NCBI GenBank assembly: GCA_017654855.1
Contig: CM030336.1
Coordinates: forward strand, 4,092,001-4,156,000
Source of the DNA: Podospora anserina
Lineage: Eukaryota
Direction of reading: 5' to 3'
Length of the DNA: 64,000 nt
The position numbers were made by a program, and so were the translations under genes. The first letter of the stretch is position 1. Every line of letters starts with the position of its first letter. Of the stretch, positions 11,013 through 24,407 are shown one piece after another. Under the pieces are notes generated by a model. That model saw nothing but the letters and a program-made list of their open reading frames with translations, did not search any database and was not told the DNA's origin.

Positions 11013-11882
11013 ATGTCACTTGACCCATCACCAGAAGCCGTCTTCGATTCTTCGATATCGACCGCGACGACTGGCCTACCACGCCAGCGCAAGAGACCTC
11101 TGCGAACCTACGGTCGTCAGTCCACCTCTGCGAGAGACAACGACCAGAAAGAACGCCCTTTCAAGAGGCAAAAGGTCGCGCCGCCGGTGGTGGACCGAGA
11201 GAATCAAGAAAACAGGGTGCCGAAGTCGACGGAAGAACCACCAGTACCATCACTGCCGGAACCCTCAAAACAGGCGCCGACGATACCGGAAAAGAAGGGC
11301 GGGTCGATATTATCGTACTTCAAACCGCTCTGCCTCCCTGCCCAGTCTACCTCCGACGCACCAACCATAACTCCAGCCACCCCGACGACCCTCTCCGACG
11401 CACCAGACCTCGACAAAGACTCCACAGCAACAACACCCCCCTCCTCCCCACCATCAGGCGCGCTGTTCAAAAGGTCAAGGGAGAGGAGGAGATTGCAAAG
11501 CAAAGTCACGATATGCACCCTCCCAGGTGTCGCCTTTAGTCGAGAGCCGTCCCCGGAACCCATCATCGCGTCAGACGGGGAGGAGATCTACGACCAGATT
11601 GTTGTCAGGGGCGACTGGGGGGATGAGAACGACACAGCCAGTGAGGTATCGGAGGATACAAGGTCGATTACTACGGAGACGAGGGAGAGGAAGCGGACGC
11701 TGTTGAAGCAGAAGCAGATGGTGCAGACTGTTTTGAATCTGTCCATCAACAAGGACCCGGGGATTCAGATATGTAAGGACTGTGGGGTGTTGTATAACCC
11801 GCTGAATGAGCAGGATAGAAAGGAGCATAAGAGGCAGCATGCGGCGCATGTGAGGAGTTTGAGGGGGAAGTTGGCGTTGTGA
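11013..11882 (+). CDS. Eco1/ESCO-type C2H2 zinc-finger protein with PIP-like motif, no acetyltransferase domain
   Basis: C-terminal QMVQTVLNL..CKDCGVLYNPLNEQDRKEHKRQH matches the Eco1 PIP + zinc finger; disordered N-terminus with LRTYGR and SILSYF motifs; stop 10 codons after the finger. Confidence 0.8.
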   Translation: MSLDPSPEAVFDSSISTATTGLPRQRKRPLRTYGRQSTSARDNDQKERPFKRQKVAPPVVDRENQENRVPKSTEEPPVPSLPEPSKQAPTIPEKKGGSILSYFKPLCLPAQSTSDAPTITPATPTTLSDAPDLDKDSTATTPPSSPPSGALFKRSRERRRLQSKVTICTLPGVAFSREPSPEPIIASDGEEIYDQIVVRGDWGDENDTASEVSEDTRSITTETRERKRTLLKQKQMVQTVLNLSINKDPGIQICKDCGVLYNPLNEQDRKEHKRQHAAHVRSLRGKLAL

Positions 11883-12388
11883 GTTTTGTGCATTCTTGGG
11901 CAGCACATCATGGCAGGGTAATGTTTGTGTGGTGTTAGCTCTGGATTAATGATTGGTTTCCATCGTTTTTTTTTTATCATGGGATGGCGATGGTGTGTGG
12001 TTGAAGATGTTTGGGCGGGACAGGTTATGATAAGTAGGAAATACCCCTGAATTGATTACAAAGAACAATGCAAGGTTTATCAACAGAGAGTGGCCGGAAT
12101 AGGGGCCGTGATTGATCGATTTGCTAATAATTCAGGTAGATCGACCTCGAGTCAAGATGAAAATTGCCGGCTTTGTGACGGGGTGATTGGATTGACTGAA
12201 GTGATGAGATGGTGACATCATGACCACCGCGAATTCGCTGTGCAACGGTATGGATGAACAATTGATTGAAAACACTGGACTACGGATTTTTCAAGGATAA
12301 AAAGGGTTGGTTTTTCTTCAGTTCTTGTGGTCTTTTCGACTTTGATCAATTGACAGGCGCTGGAACGAGTAACACCAACACCGCAATC

Positions 12389-13881
12389 ATGGTCCATCAA
12401 CACGGCGACCACCACGACATCCCGACCCATTCGCTCGTGAAGCGGTTTGTCCCTCCCCCCCCCGATACCCCCCGATACCCCTCATGTCTAACAAACACAA
12501 CACAGCATCGGCGGCTGGCTCCCAACCGACCACCGCATCCACCATGAATGGCTCAGCCGCACCATCGACCGCGCCCACAAACGATCCGGCCCCCCGGAGC
12601 AGACCAAGCTCATCCCCGTGCTGCGGGAGTTCAAGGAGCTGATTGAGGGCAATGCGAGAATATACATGTACTTCAACCAGATGTGGGACGAGGTCCCGCG
12701 TCGTCCTCCGTACAACAAGGACCCGACTGGCAAGAGCCAGATCAGAGACTACAAGCACATGCTTGCTGTGCTGAACGAAGTTTTTGGGAGAGCACCAGAA
12801 TGGACGGATGCTGCTGCTCATGCTGGCATGGTGGGGGTTCCGATGGCTGCTATTTTCGACTATGCGATGGGGACGCCGAGCGGGCATGCGGCGTTTTTGG
12901 ATCCGGATGTGAACAAGATGTTGAAAAAGATCTTGAATGAGTGGGGGAGGTATCTCAAGGTTTGTTTATCTTTACTGGGCACCTGATCCCTGACCGACTG
13001 ACTGACTGACATGATGGTGGCAGACGCCGGAATCCGCCGAGGTTTTGGGGGATCACTCGGCTGGCTGGTTCGGCGAGACGGGCTACAAAGACCTTATGGA
13101 AGTGGCCAACACGCCGACTAAGACGTCGTTCAAGTTTGAGGAGATGTATCATTGTGATCCGTCAAAGAAGCACTACGGTTTCACGTCTTGGGATGACTTC
13201 TTTACCCGCAAGATCACGGACAAGTCCCGCCCTGTTGCTAGCCCGGATGATGACAAGGTTGTTGTCAACAGCTGCGAGTCTCGGCCTTACTGCGTGGCGA
13301 ACAACGTCAAGTTGCGGGACAGATTCTGGGTCAAGGGACAGCCTTACTCTGTAACTGACATGCTCGCGCACGACCCCCTGGCGGAGAAGTTTGCCAGGGG
13401 GACGATTTATCAGGCGTTTTTGTCGGCTCTGTCGTACCACCGCTGGCATGCCCCCGTGTCGGGCACCATCAGGAGGGCGTTTGTTGAGGATGGGACGTAT
13501 TTCTCGGAGCCGCTCATGTTTGACCAGAGCGGGGGGGAGGACAAGGTTGATATTGACACCAAGGGGATCCAAGGGGCCTTGGGATATCTCACTGCGTTGG
13601 CGACGAGGGCGGTGATTTTTATTGAGGCGGATAACCCCAAGATTGGGCTCATGGCCTTTATCGGGGTGGGGATGGATGAGGTGAGCACGTGTGAGATTAC
13701 GGTGAAGGAGGGGCAGAAGGTGAAGAAGGGGGAGGAGTTGGGCATGTTTCATTTTGGGGGGAGTACGTATTGTTTGATGTTTAGGAAGGAGACGAGGTTG
13801 AAGGGGTGGCCGGATATTGGGAAGTATGCGGAGGCGAATGAGAATTATCCGGTTAGGGGGGCGTTGGCGGTTGTCGAGTGA
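12389..13881 (+). CDS. Phosphatidylserine decarboxylase family protein, PsiD-like subgroup (pyruvoyl-dependent)
   Basis: Exons 12389-12444, 12506-12959, 13024-13881; RIGGWLP, GMVGVP, SWDDFFTR, YQAFLSALSYHRWHAPVSG, self-cleavage motif FHFGGST. Confidence 0.92.
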
Positions 13882-16800
13882 GTGGTGATGTTGGAGGCTA
13901 ATGATGGTGTTTGTATTGTTGAGTAGTAATTTGAGACTGGTGTTATGTTGATGTCGGATGAGCTCAAGGGTTATTGTTCCGTTGTGTAAGTGTCAAAACA
14001 AAACAAAACACCATGAAAACTACAAAAAGCCCACCAGCGTTGCTGGCTACGAAAGCCCTCTATTTGGAGTTTCACCATTCCAAATTGCTCTCCCCTATTA
14101 TTGCCTGGGGGAGGCAGTTCATCCAGGGATTTTTCATATTTAGAGCCGAAGTCAATGGCTATGCTCATAGATGTTCTCGATTAGGAATCAAACCTGCCAC
14201 CATTCGTGGGCAACCCAGTCTGTTTCTACAGTACCCGACAGGTTGTTCGGTCGTCGCTTCTGGCCACTGCGCTAGACAGACAGTCAGGTGCCAATTGAGT
14301 TGGCGAAAGTCTGAGAGCAATTGGGGTATATGTGGGGAAGGAACACTCTCCCAGATAGGCTGTGCTCTGGCTGTTCCCTCCTTGATACATCAGACAAGAT
14401 GTCCACCAAAAAGAATTTAGTGGGTGCTGAATCGACATGCCAACCACCTACTGGAAGAGACATTAAATGACCTGGATAAAGTCAGGTAACTACCTTGGTT
14501 CCTTTACAAACCCCATTTCCTCGCCTTCAACCCGAGACGGTATGCTGGAGTATGCACCTCTTCGTTCCTCGGCTGGACTTGGGATTGCTAGATGACGCCC
14601 CCCATGCTGACAGGGCGCAAGATCAAGAACTGACATGACCTGACATCGGGTGCTATCAGCTGCACGAAATGTGACAATTCCTCCAACAACCAAGCTCGAA
14701 AACTGCACTTTTCACCGTCTTCCATCGGCAGTTATAAACGCCCCCAAAACACGCTGGAAATAGAGACTGTCGGTCGTCGGATGTGGCTGTCACAACATGG
14801 ATCGTCCTTTCGGGGACCGAGATATGTACTATAGCTTGACATGCAGATACAAGCAGTGGCTGGGGTAGATGGCTTGCCTCAGTTCTTCCTCACCGACACA
14901 ACCCCCCTCAGTACCTAGCTAAGACACATAGACCGCCTCCCAGCCTTATGAGGAAAGATCTGGAGATGAGAAACAGCAGGAGAAACTGAAGCACTGACAA
15001 GAACTCTAGGCTTTCTCCACTTTCACCTGATAGATGGTTGAGTCGGGAGGCGAAGATGCAGTCTGTCTAAGACCTACATATCAACCTCCCGTTGGCTTCA
15101 CCTCACGAGCTGCTTGCCATATCCACACAAAACACCGAACGAACCGGTCTCCCAAGGTAGCAAGCGGCAGCTGTGTGCAAGTTCAACAAGTCGAACCAAA
15201 TCACGAAATATCACTAAACAAATCCTCTGAATCGATTATGATACATCACACCACACCATCAGCTCACAACCAAAAATCCAAAAAGTTCCAGACCACCCAT
15301 CACCAACAACCATCTCGGATCAAATTAACACTGGACAGAAATTCTCCAATCCCGGAGAGTCCCGGAGATAAACCACCCATTTATTTCCCTCCCACCCCGA
15401 CTTATTCCCCCTCTTGCATACATCAGTCACCAAGGCTTCCCCCCCTTCAAAAAAAGCCTGCAGGTCGCACCGGTGTGACAGATCTCAACCCACCATCTCT
15501 GTTCCCCATATCGCCGTGATAGTCTGCAGTAGAAAAAAGTGTGGTGTGAAAACCCCAAGCTGCATGCTACTGGGGTCCCCCATAGGGTCGGTTATTATGA
15601 GTGGTCTTGTTGGGCTGATTGAGAAGCTCATTGGGTGGGCCTACCTACCTTCGGCGGTGGCGTCTTTTTGGGCTTTGGGGGAAGCGGCTGCATTACCTTT
15701 GCTCCAAAAAGATAATATTGACACTTTTTTTCCAGTTGGAAGACCGGGCAGGATGTGTCTTGTCTCTGGTGATGCCATCTAGAGGGAAGAGACGGGATGG
15801 ATACTCCAGCCGCCCGTCTCATCATAGGGAACTTTTGTTATCTGGTTGCGTGGCCAGTTACCCAAAGCAGCCTTGAGTTGATGGGCAAGAAACTGCAATT
15901 GGGACTGGTTATTGATAGCTTACCGAGGACTTGCTCGGCCCGCTACTGTTGTGCCTTGTTACTTACCGTCCCCGGAGTTTTCGACTGCAAAGGCGGCGGT
16001 GGCGGTCAACTGTGAGACTTGATCTCTCATATCCTGCCGGGTTGGCGATGTGAGACAGACGTTTTGTTACACAAGACTTCTTGCCCAGTGATAGGCTTTT
16101 GACTTGGTTTAGAGATCTCGGGAGGGCGAGGTGCCGGAATTATCACGTTACCGGTTGGGAAGGTGAAGATCATGAAGTTATATCGGTTTGTTGGAAATGT
16201 GAGATGGCGATCAAAGAGTCTAGACTTTGTGTGTCGAGTTGAGATGCGAAACTTGTGTCTCTGAACGGCTGCTACCTGTAACTTATGGACTTTGCCGATC
16301 GTAGAGTATGGGTAGAGCTCCATTCTTCTCATCAAGCCACCGTGCTTCACTCTTCAGATATGATATCCAAAAGCTTTGCTAGCAATCATCTCTCCATCGA
16401 TCATACAAACTGTTGATTAGGTAGACTTCATTCAACCCAGGTTGTGATCTGCATGTATATTCCAAGCTCTACATCCACAACATCCATCCATCATCCTTAG
16501 CCTTTTGCTCTGTTGGTCTGAACTCCGTTTCCAGCCCTACTTCGACTTCAGCTGTTTGTGACTTCGGCTCGACGAGGCCTATATCTAAGCTTCTTTTTAC
16601 CCACCCACCTTGTGGAGATCAGAAATTGGCGGCTGTATGTATGTATGTGTGCATGTCTCTACATCCTCTCTACTCTATGTATTCCTATCATCTCCCATCC
16701 TTTTTATACCCAACCCCTGCCCATATCAGCCTCCATATCCCGCCCCGGCGGCCCCTTGCCCTTCCCCGGCAAACAGTGGATCCCAGATCGGAGTGGGGCC

Positions 16801-17069
16801 GAGCGGCAGCGCCGTCGCTTAAGTGCCACTTGTGTCCGTGCCCGCCGAACCGACACAGCGGATTTTCCCCTCCTCCCACTCTTTGTCTGTGCGTACACCA
16901 CAGTCCTCCTCATCATCATTAGTGCAGTGGCCTTCTCGTTTACGGATGATCGGGCATGTGGGAGATGGGATTATTTTAGGGCACTTTCGTTTTCAGTCCA
17001 ATAATCTGCACGCTCAAAGTAAGTATGTCTCGCTGCGCAGGATTTTTTCTGCTCACATGCTCACTTGCC

Positions 17070-17070
17070 C

Positions 17071-17103
<33 letters not shown>

Positions 17104-17104
17104 G
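17070..17104. repeat. (CAGA)n tetranucleotide microsatellite
   Basis: cagacagacag.. about 9 units. Confidence 0.9.
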
Positions 17105-20100
17105 CTCTCTTCCGCTTCGTTGTTGGTAGGTATCGGATAACGTCGCGGTCGCGGATGCCGAGACAGTCAGCCATCCTAACAGCAAACAAGGTGAAGAAGG
17201 CGCGGGGTAAAAATCAGGTCAGAAATTCACAAGAAGCGGTCTGTCTGCTGTTCAGCTCACCACTTCGCCAGAAAATGGATTGGTTCAGTCGGTTATCGGC
17301 AGCGGAGCTCAATGTCGTCATAGCTTGATTCGCGGGGTGGATATACGCTAATTGTAAATGGGGGAGGGAGGGAGGATGGCGTGGATGGGGAGACGTTTAC
17401 GTAGGAGAAATTTAGAGAGAGGTGAACTGAGTGAGTATGTATATGCGGTTTTTGTCAGGTGGAATTTTTTGAGAGAGGAGGAGGGAATTGTTGATCGTAT
17501 CCTCCGTAGTGGAGAGAGAGAGAGATCAACTGTTTCGAAACAATGTGTAAAGAATGAATGCTGGTGGTTCCCGATATGGCAGGTGAGAGGTGAGCAGGGG
17601 GCTGTTGAACTTCATGGCTGGTTCTTGAGAGAACCTCATGGGCTACACGAAAAGAGCTGTTCAAAGAGTTGAGAAGCTTATTATCAGGTTGGTTCTCTTG
17701 CTTTCCATTGACTCCTCAAAGGACTGTTATTCCGCGCGCGAGTTTAAGCTTCCCTGATTTTAACCCAAAACCACCAATTCTCTTACCCCCTCATTTCCCC
17801 GCATCGCATGTTGTGCGTGTCGAATTGGAGGACACACACACACCTCTCCTCCCTCTCCTGCCCATCATCCACTCGGCCGCGCAAGAATAACCCGGAGAAG
17901 ATCCCGGGGTTACATATTTCCAAGAAAGGCCTGCCCCCGGTGTCGCAGAGAGTCAAAGTCTTCCAGACTGATATATCAAGCTTGTAATAGACAAAAAAAG
18001 GTGGTGTGATAATGTCCCATTGGACAGGTTTTGTCCTGCCACATAACTAAATCTCGATCCCTTTCATAAAAAAAAACGACTTGTCTGCTGCTGCAGCAGC
18101 TGTCACCTTGCTTTGAGGGGAAGAGAGATGTATCATGAAGCGCGAGAGAGGCTCTCAGGGAAGAACCCCGGCATATCAATCTGCATGTATGTACACAGCA
18201 GCGAATGTATGTCCGCGGCACAGTTGATCCGTGGATACCTACCACAATGTACCTCTCCTCACAAGCACGTCAGGGGGTGCATGATGCCGTTTCGAAAAGG
18301 CCTTCTGACAGTGAAAAGACTGGAAACTCTGCGGGGTGGTGGAAACGCCAATGCATCGTTGCTATCATCCATATTGTTGTTGTCCCTGTCAAAACATCTG
18401 TCATGGATTATAAAAACAGGCAAGCTGCTGAAATGGTCTCATTTTGACATGCAGAAGAAGTTTTGGGAGACATGCAGCGTGGGGGGTTCCATTTCTTCGC
18501 TTCTTTTTAATGTGCAGTTGTTGTCTCGGGCCAATCCAATGGCTGTCTCTGGCTTTTTTGCTCATCTCCATTGATGAATCAAATCGTCTTTGCCCAGGTG
18601 GAGAATATTGGCGCGAAGTGCATGCCGTAGCAAAGTGCAGTACTGACTGGAATCCATGGCATGATGATAGTGCAGAGTCGAAGAAGACTTTTTGAGTGTA
18701 ACTGTCAGAAGAAGAGCTGATCAGGACTTTGAGATTTGTGTGTTGACTTCGGGCAAATAACGTCCCGGGAAGGAGAAGGCAAAAGACGGGACTTTCTGAG
18801 CCAGTAGAAATTGAAGAAGGGATACGGAGGACTGGAATACGAAAGCCAGTGGAGGCTCGTGCCAAAGTGTTGGAGGTCAATGCTGGGGAAAATCGATTCA
18901 GATAATGCAGCTTGCCGGAATCGAAGAAATGGCGATATTCGGGTCCTTCGTGTGCTGCACTCTACACTCGTACAAGACAGACCAGTCAAGGCGGCCCAGC
19001 GGCCTGTCACCGGAGGGGAAGGGCCGCTGCGGATGATCCCCATGCAGAGGAGAGGTTAAACAAACACTCCCGTGTCTCTGTAACCCTCTGTTTTGCTTTG
19101 CCAACTTTGACATGCTGAGCACATGTACGCAAGACCAGGTTGGGAAAGAGGATTGTGATTCATGGTGATCAAGCTTTCAGCATATGATGATTTTAGCTGA
19201 ATTGGGAAAATGAGTACGCCAGCTAGTTGGATTCATGTTGATGGAAGGCGGGGTATCGCAACTGGGGAAAGGAAACGTTCAGGCAGGTCTTGCGAGACAG
19301 ATCGATCAACGATCAGACTCCAGCCTCTTCTGAGGTGGTGCAAGTGGGACAAATACTGTCTCGAAAATCTCCGGGAAAAGCATGGCAGACGTCAAGTCAT
19401 TGCACAATGGCTTTGTTCGCCGTTCGCCCGTCGAAGGTCGGTGATTTGTCGTGTGACATCCCGGTGGTGGTGGTTGGTGATTCTCAAGCAAGAAGATGGT
19501 GGTGATGGTTGGGCATCCACAAGGTTCTCACTCAAACCCAACCTGGCCGCCTCAACTCGCTGCGCCGAGAGTAGTTCGCTTCAACCCTCGACGGCACAGG
19601 GAATCGGGTTGCAACGGAGCACATCTGTGAGTGGTCAACCACCAGCGAATCCCACGAATCAGCCCCGCATCTGATATCTGTGCCCAACGACATCAGTCAG
19701 TGAATCTCTTTAGCAGCCGCGGCAATGTTGCTTTGATCGATATGCTGAGTGTCCAAGCAGCCGAGATTGGTGACACTGCATGGTAGCTCACCGTCAAAGA
19801 CCGATAGATGACCTGGGCTGGGACAAGGCTGGCTGCCATGGACGCTTCGACAGAGGCGCCACACGCAGCCATGGTAATCTGTTTTATTTAAAAATGCTGA
19901 AGAGTATTGATGCGCAGTGCCATGTTGCACTCAACAACAACTTGAACAATGCTGCCGTCGACGATATACTGTCGCCGTCATGGTCTAGGCTCTGTTCAAC
20001 GTCCGGAAGCGAGACGGCACCGGAGACACGGCCGTGCTCTTGATGTTCAGGACCGCCTCTACAGCCGCCGACGTGCATAACCGCACTGCCGAATTGCATG

Positions 20101-21741
20101 AAGGCGTTTGGGAGGGTCTGCCATGATATCATGGCACATGCGGTGCATCACCGGAAATTATTCAGCTCGAGAGCTTGCCATCGGGTGACTGGTGACCTGG
20201 GGGATACCCTTTGGGCAACAAGGCTGGTGTCGAGCTAGGTAACCTTATCTGTGGCGGCTTCTTTTACTAGCGATGGTAGAAATCTTGGTGAGAATTTGTT
20301 GGACACGCTACTGCGGCAGCAGGAAGGGTGCCTCTGTGGTCATGACATTCTGTCTTGGACGGCAGGTGTGGGGGCGTGATCTCCGTGTCTGATCTGAAGA
20401 TCGTCTTGTTTCCATCTGGCTTCTCCCGATCATGTATTTGATGAGGGGCTGAGGGGGCGGTTGTCGTTCGCCGGGCAGGCAAGACACAGAGACACGGTGT
20501 TGAGATGGATGGAAGTTCCCAAGAGCGGAATCCGAAGCGCACAGACCATGACACCATTGGCGGGAAGTTCTTCAGCTGTGCACAGGCCATGATGTGGTCC
20601 GAGTAAGGACTGGACCCTGAACAACGCTCACCACCAAAGGTTCCCTCTGATGAGAAGCCGTGCAGGAGGCAGCAAGGACGACTCGCAGGTCTCTTGCAGG
20701 CTTAGATCAAGATGTCGATGCACTAGCGGCATCAGCCCGGTCCTTCTCTGATTGATTGTGATGGGATCGCGTGCGCCAAGAGGAATTCTTTGCGAAGTGT
20801 CGTCGTCGACCAACAACCTTGATAGTCACATCGTATGTACCCGCAAGGATAAGTGGCCTGCCCTGCTCGACAATGCGGGGAAAAAAGAGACTGATGAGAA
20901 AGTAGAGGCCGAAACCCCACGACACGGAAGCAAAGCTCGACGCGCTGTCTCTCCGTGTTCATTCGCATCCCACTCCCAGGGACATCTTGGCTCAGCACCA
21001 GCAATGTAACGCTACATGTGCCCCCCAAACATTTTCTCTTGTCGTCTTGCCGCTAACAGCTAGCCTCGTTGTATTCCTATCACCACTCACCGCAGAGAGT
21101 CCGCAGAAGCGCAGGAGGCAGGGGCAGGGGCAGGGGCATGGGCAAGCACAAAAACACATTGTGGAGAAGCCCTCCTCTCCACAAGATCACGACTCTGTAC
21201 CCTACCCAAATTCGCGAGCAATGGTTCCCTCTCGTCCACCTCGTCCACCTCGTCCTCTCCACCTCCACCGTCTCCTCTGTCTCTTCACCTCTAATGCCTC
21301 TACTCTGTAGACTGCCCGGTTAACCGTCCGCCACACCGTCCCAATCAAGCGCTGCGCAGCAAAAGCAAATAAGACACTGCGCTCGACCTGCCACTTGAGC
21401 CCCCCCTGCTCGTCCTCTGCGACATCTTCACTCCATCTTGTTCAAAGCCTCTCCAACTCTTTCCTCCCACACTGTACTTCGGTACAACTCTCTGTCTCTC
21501 TACCTTCTCCGGGCCTATCTTGATCGGCAAGCCAACCAAGGCTGCAAGTGTCACCCCCGACCTAAAGCGGCTCTATCCTGTCTCACACCCTCCAACTCGT
21601 CGTCCCGTTCCCCAGTTATTCCTCCTCTTTTCCTCACCCTTGGTATTTTGTCGCCTTAAGAGCCACGGCGCCTCATCCCTATCCTCTGCAGACAACACCC
21701 TTGTTCCTACCCCGTGGGCATGGTGTCGTTATTGACGAGCT

Positions 21742-24207
21742 ATGAGTCGTTCCCTTCCTGTCGTGTCCAGCGACGGAAACCTGCCGTGGTCAGACAGCCA
21801 TAGCCATAGCATGGACTCCGATGAGATTCCTCATGTTGGCTTGCCTTCCCCCTGGTTGGACTCCCTTCCGACAGCCTCCAACTCTCTGTCCACATCGTCG
21901 TCGACTTTGAGCTTCGCCCGTACGGGCCAGCTCTCGCCCCAGCTGTCACCCATCAGCACTGGCATGGCCATGTCCTGCGGAGGCTCCTCCTGCCTTGCCT
22001 CGCCGTCCCTCTCGCCCCCCACTGCTGCCATGAATTCGCACTCGCTTTCCTCGTCGGCCTCGACGGAATCCTCATGGACCATGAATTACTCGGGCTCGGA
22101 CGAGGGCCATGAGCACGAGCAGCTTCCGCGGGGCGCCATGAGCCACCACCATGACATACACCATGAACACATGCCCTGGGAGCAGGACGATCCGGATGAG
22201 CTGTTGATGGCCCCAAAACTGGAGCCCTTGGATGATGATGGATTCTGTATGGATGATTTGGGGGAAGCCCCTGCCACTCCCATTGGAGGAGTTGCCCATG
22301 CGCTGGGGCTCGACCAACCAAAGCCAAAACGACCCAGAGGACGTCCTCGGAAGCACCCCCTTACCCCCAATCTGACTGCCAACAAAGTCACCAAAGGCCG
22401 CACCAAGACTGGCTGCTTGACATGCAGGAAGCGAAAGAAGAAGTGTGACGAAGCCAAGCCGCGATGTAAGTGAGCAGCTGTTGTCTTTGGTCTACATGGT
22501 CTAATGCTCGGACAGGCATGAACTGCGAAAAGAACGCCGTCGTGTGTGAAGGCTATCCGGAGAAACAGATCTGGAAAAGCGGCAAAGAAAGGGCCGAAGA
22601 GGGTAGGCAATCCCTTTCCCCTCTGTCCATGCTGTTCGTCCTAACCAGTAGCTTCAGAACGTCTCAAGTCACACAGCGTCATGTCCATTACGATGCAGCC
22701 CATCTTCCACGGGCTCGAGACGGTTGAAGACATGATCTTCTGGAAGCACTACAATGAACACCTCAGCGCCGTGCTTACTGTCGAGGGTGAACACAAGAAT
22801 GCTTTCAAGGACATGATGGTGCCCATCGCGGTCAAACACCAGGGCCTCATGCATTCCATCTTGTCTTTGGCAAGCAAACATATTGACTTTGACACACCCT
22901 ATGGAGCCACCGTCTTGCGCAACAACCCCTCCACAAGCCTGGACCTCATCCGGGAACGATCCATTTTCCATCACGACGCCGCCAGGCAGAAGTTTTTCGA
23001 AGATGTCGAGTTTAGCAAAGGAAAGCCCTGCACCGATGACGAGGTTTTGGTGTCTGCCCGCTATGGACAGATGCTGTGCTTCCTCTTGGAAGCTCTGGCA
23101 GAGGGTAACCCCCGTGGCGAGCATCGCGTCCACCTTTCGGCATACCGCAGTCTTATCGCCAGCTCGCCTCCTGGAGATTCGGCCTTCTTGTCGTTCATCG
23201 CCGAGTTTTTCCAGTACCACATCTTCGCCGACGAATTGATCCACTCGTCCGACAAGTCAGGCTACCGTTCCATGTCGGACGCCCAAGAGCTCCCGTCGGT
23301 CCCTCATATCCACCCGCCCCGACTTCTTGGTGTTGCCGATGGACTGCTCGAACATATTGTCCCCATCACCACCATCAGAAACTCGATCCGGCGTAACATG
23401 GCCGCCCACGAGCCCGTGATTGTCGACTACATTAGTCTCTATCGCGCAGCCGAGATCGATGCTGCGATTCGAGAATGGGCTCCCAACCTGCCCCCTGGTG
23501 ATAATCGCGGAAATGTCAGCCTCCTTTACAAGCACATGATGCAGATTTATCTCATCCGTACCATTTGGCCCCCGGTCGCCACATCACCCACGCCGACGGC
23601 CGCCTCCGTTTCCTCGTTTTCCCACATCCGCAGCTCGCCATCCGTCGGCCGACCGACCTCCTCGGTAGTCAATACCCCGCCGCAGTCTGCATCTACCAGC
23701 TGTGCCTCGTCCCCGAAACTTGGAGCCTCCCACCCGATGAGCGAGCCAAACGTCTACAAACGAAACAGTACCGGAATGGGTTCCTCCTCGAACGTATCCC
23801 CGATTCGCAAGAACAGCGGCGGAGGTATTGCCGCAGCGCTGGCCGCCGAGAACCGACCCGACTCCCCCCCTCCCATCCGTCAACCTGTTTCTCACGACGA
23901 TCGTATCACCCGCGCCGTCGAAGAATCCCTCGACATACTCGACACCTTCAAGCCGAGCGATCCCTCCCAGACCCTGTTGTTGCTGCCGTGTTTCGTCATC
24001 GGCACCGTTTGCTTCAAGCCCCGCCAACAAGAGCGCATCAGGGCCGCCATCAAGTCTGTCAGGGGCTACACCGGACTAAGAAACGCCGATCGGGTTGTGG
24101 AGGTGCTCGAGGAGGTGTGGCGACTGATGGAGATGGGTGAGTGGGTGCGTGTGTGGGACTGGGGTCGTGTTGCAAAGGATATGGGGTTGGATTTTATCCC
24201 TGCTTGA
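21742..24207 (+). CDS. Zn(II)2Cys6 transcription factor with AT-hook and fungal-specific TF C-terminal domain (possibly OefC-like)
   Basis: Exons 21742-22465, 22516-22602, 22658-24207; KRPRGRPRK AT-hook; [32 protein letters not shown] binuclear cluster rebuilt across intron 1. Confidence 0.93.
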
Positions 24208-24252
24208 TATTTCTTTCTGTCTTGGCATTTTGGTTCTGCAGCATGTCCTTGC

Positions 24253-24407
<155 letters not shown>

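Noticed and set aside
21742-24207. Identification of the TF as PRO1/ADV-1 or ACR-2
   Set aside because: The zinc-cluster sequence differs from those proteins as I recall them and it has an AT-hook; no gene symbol assigned
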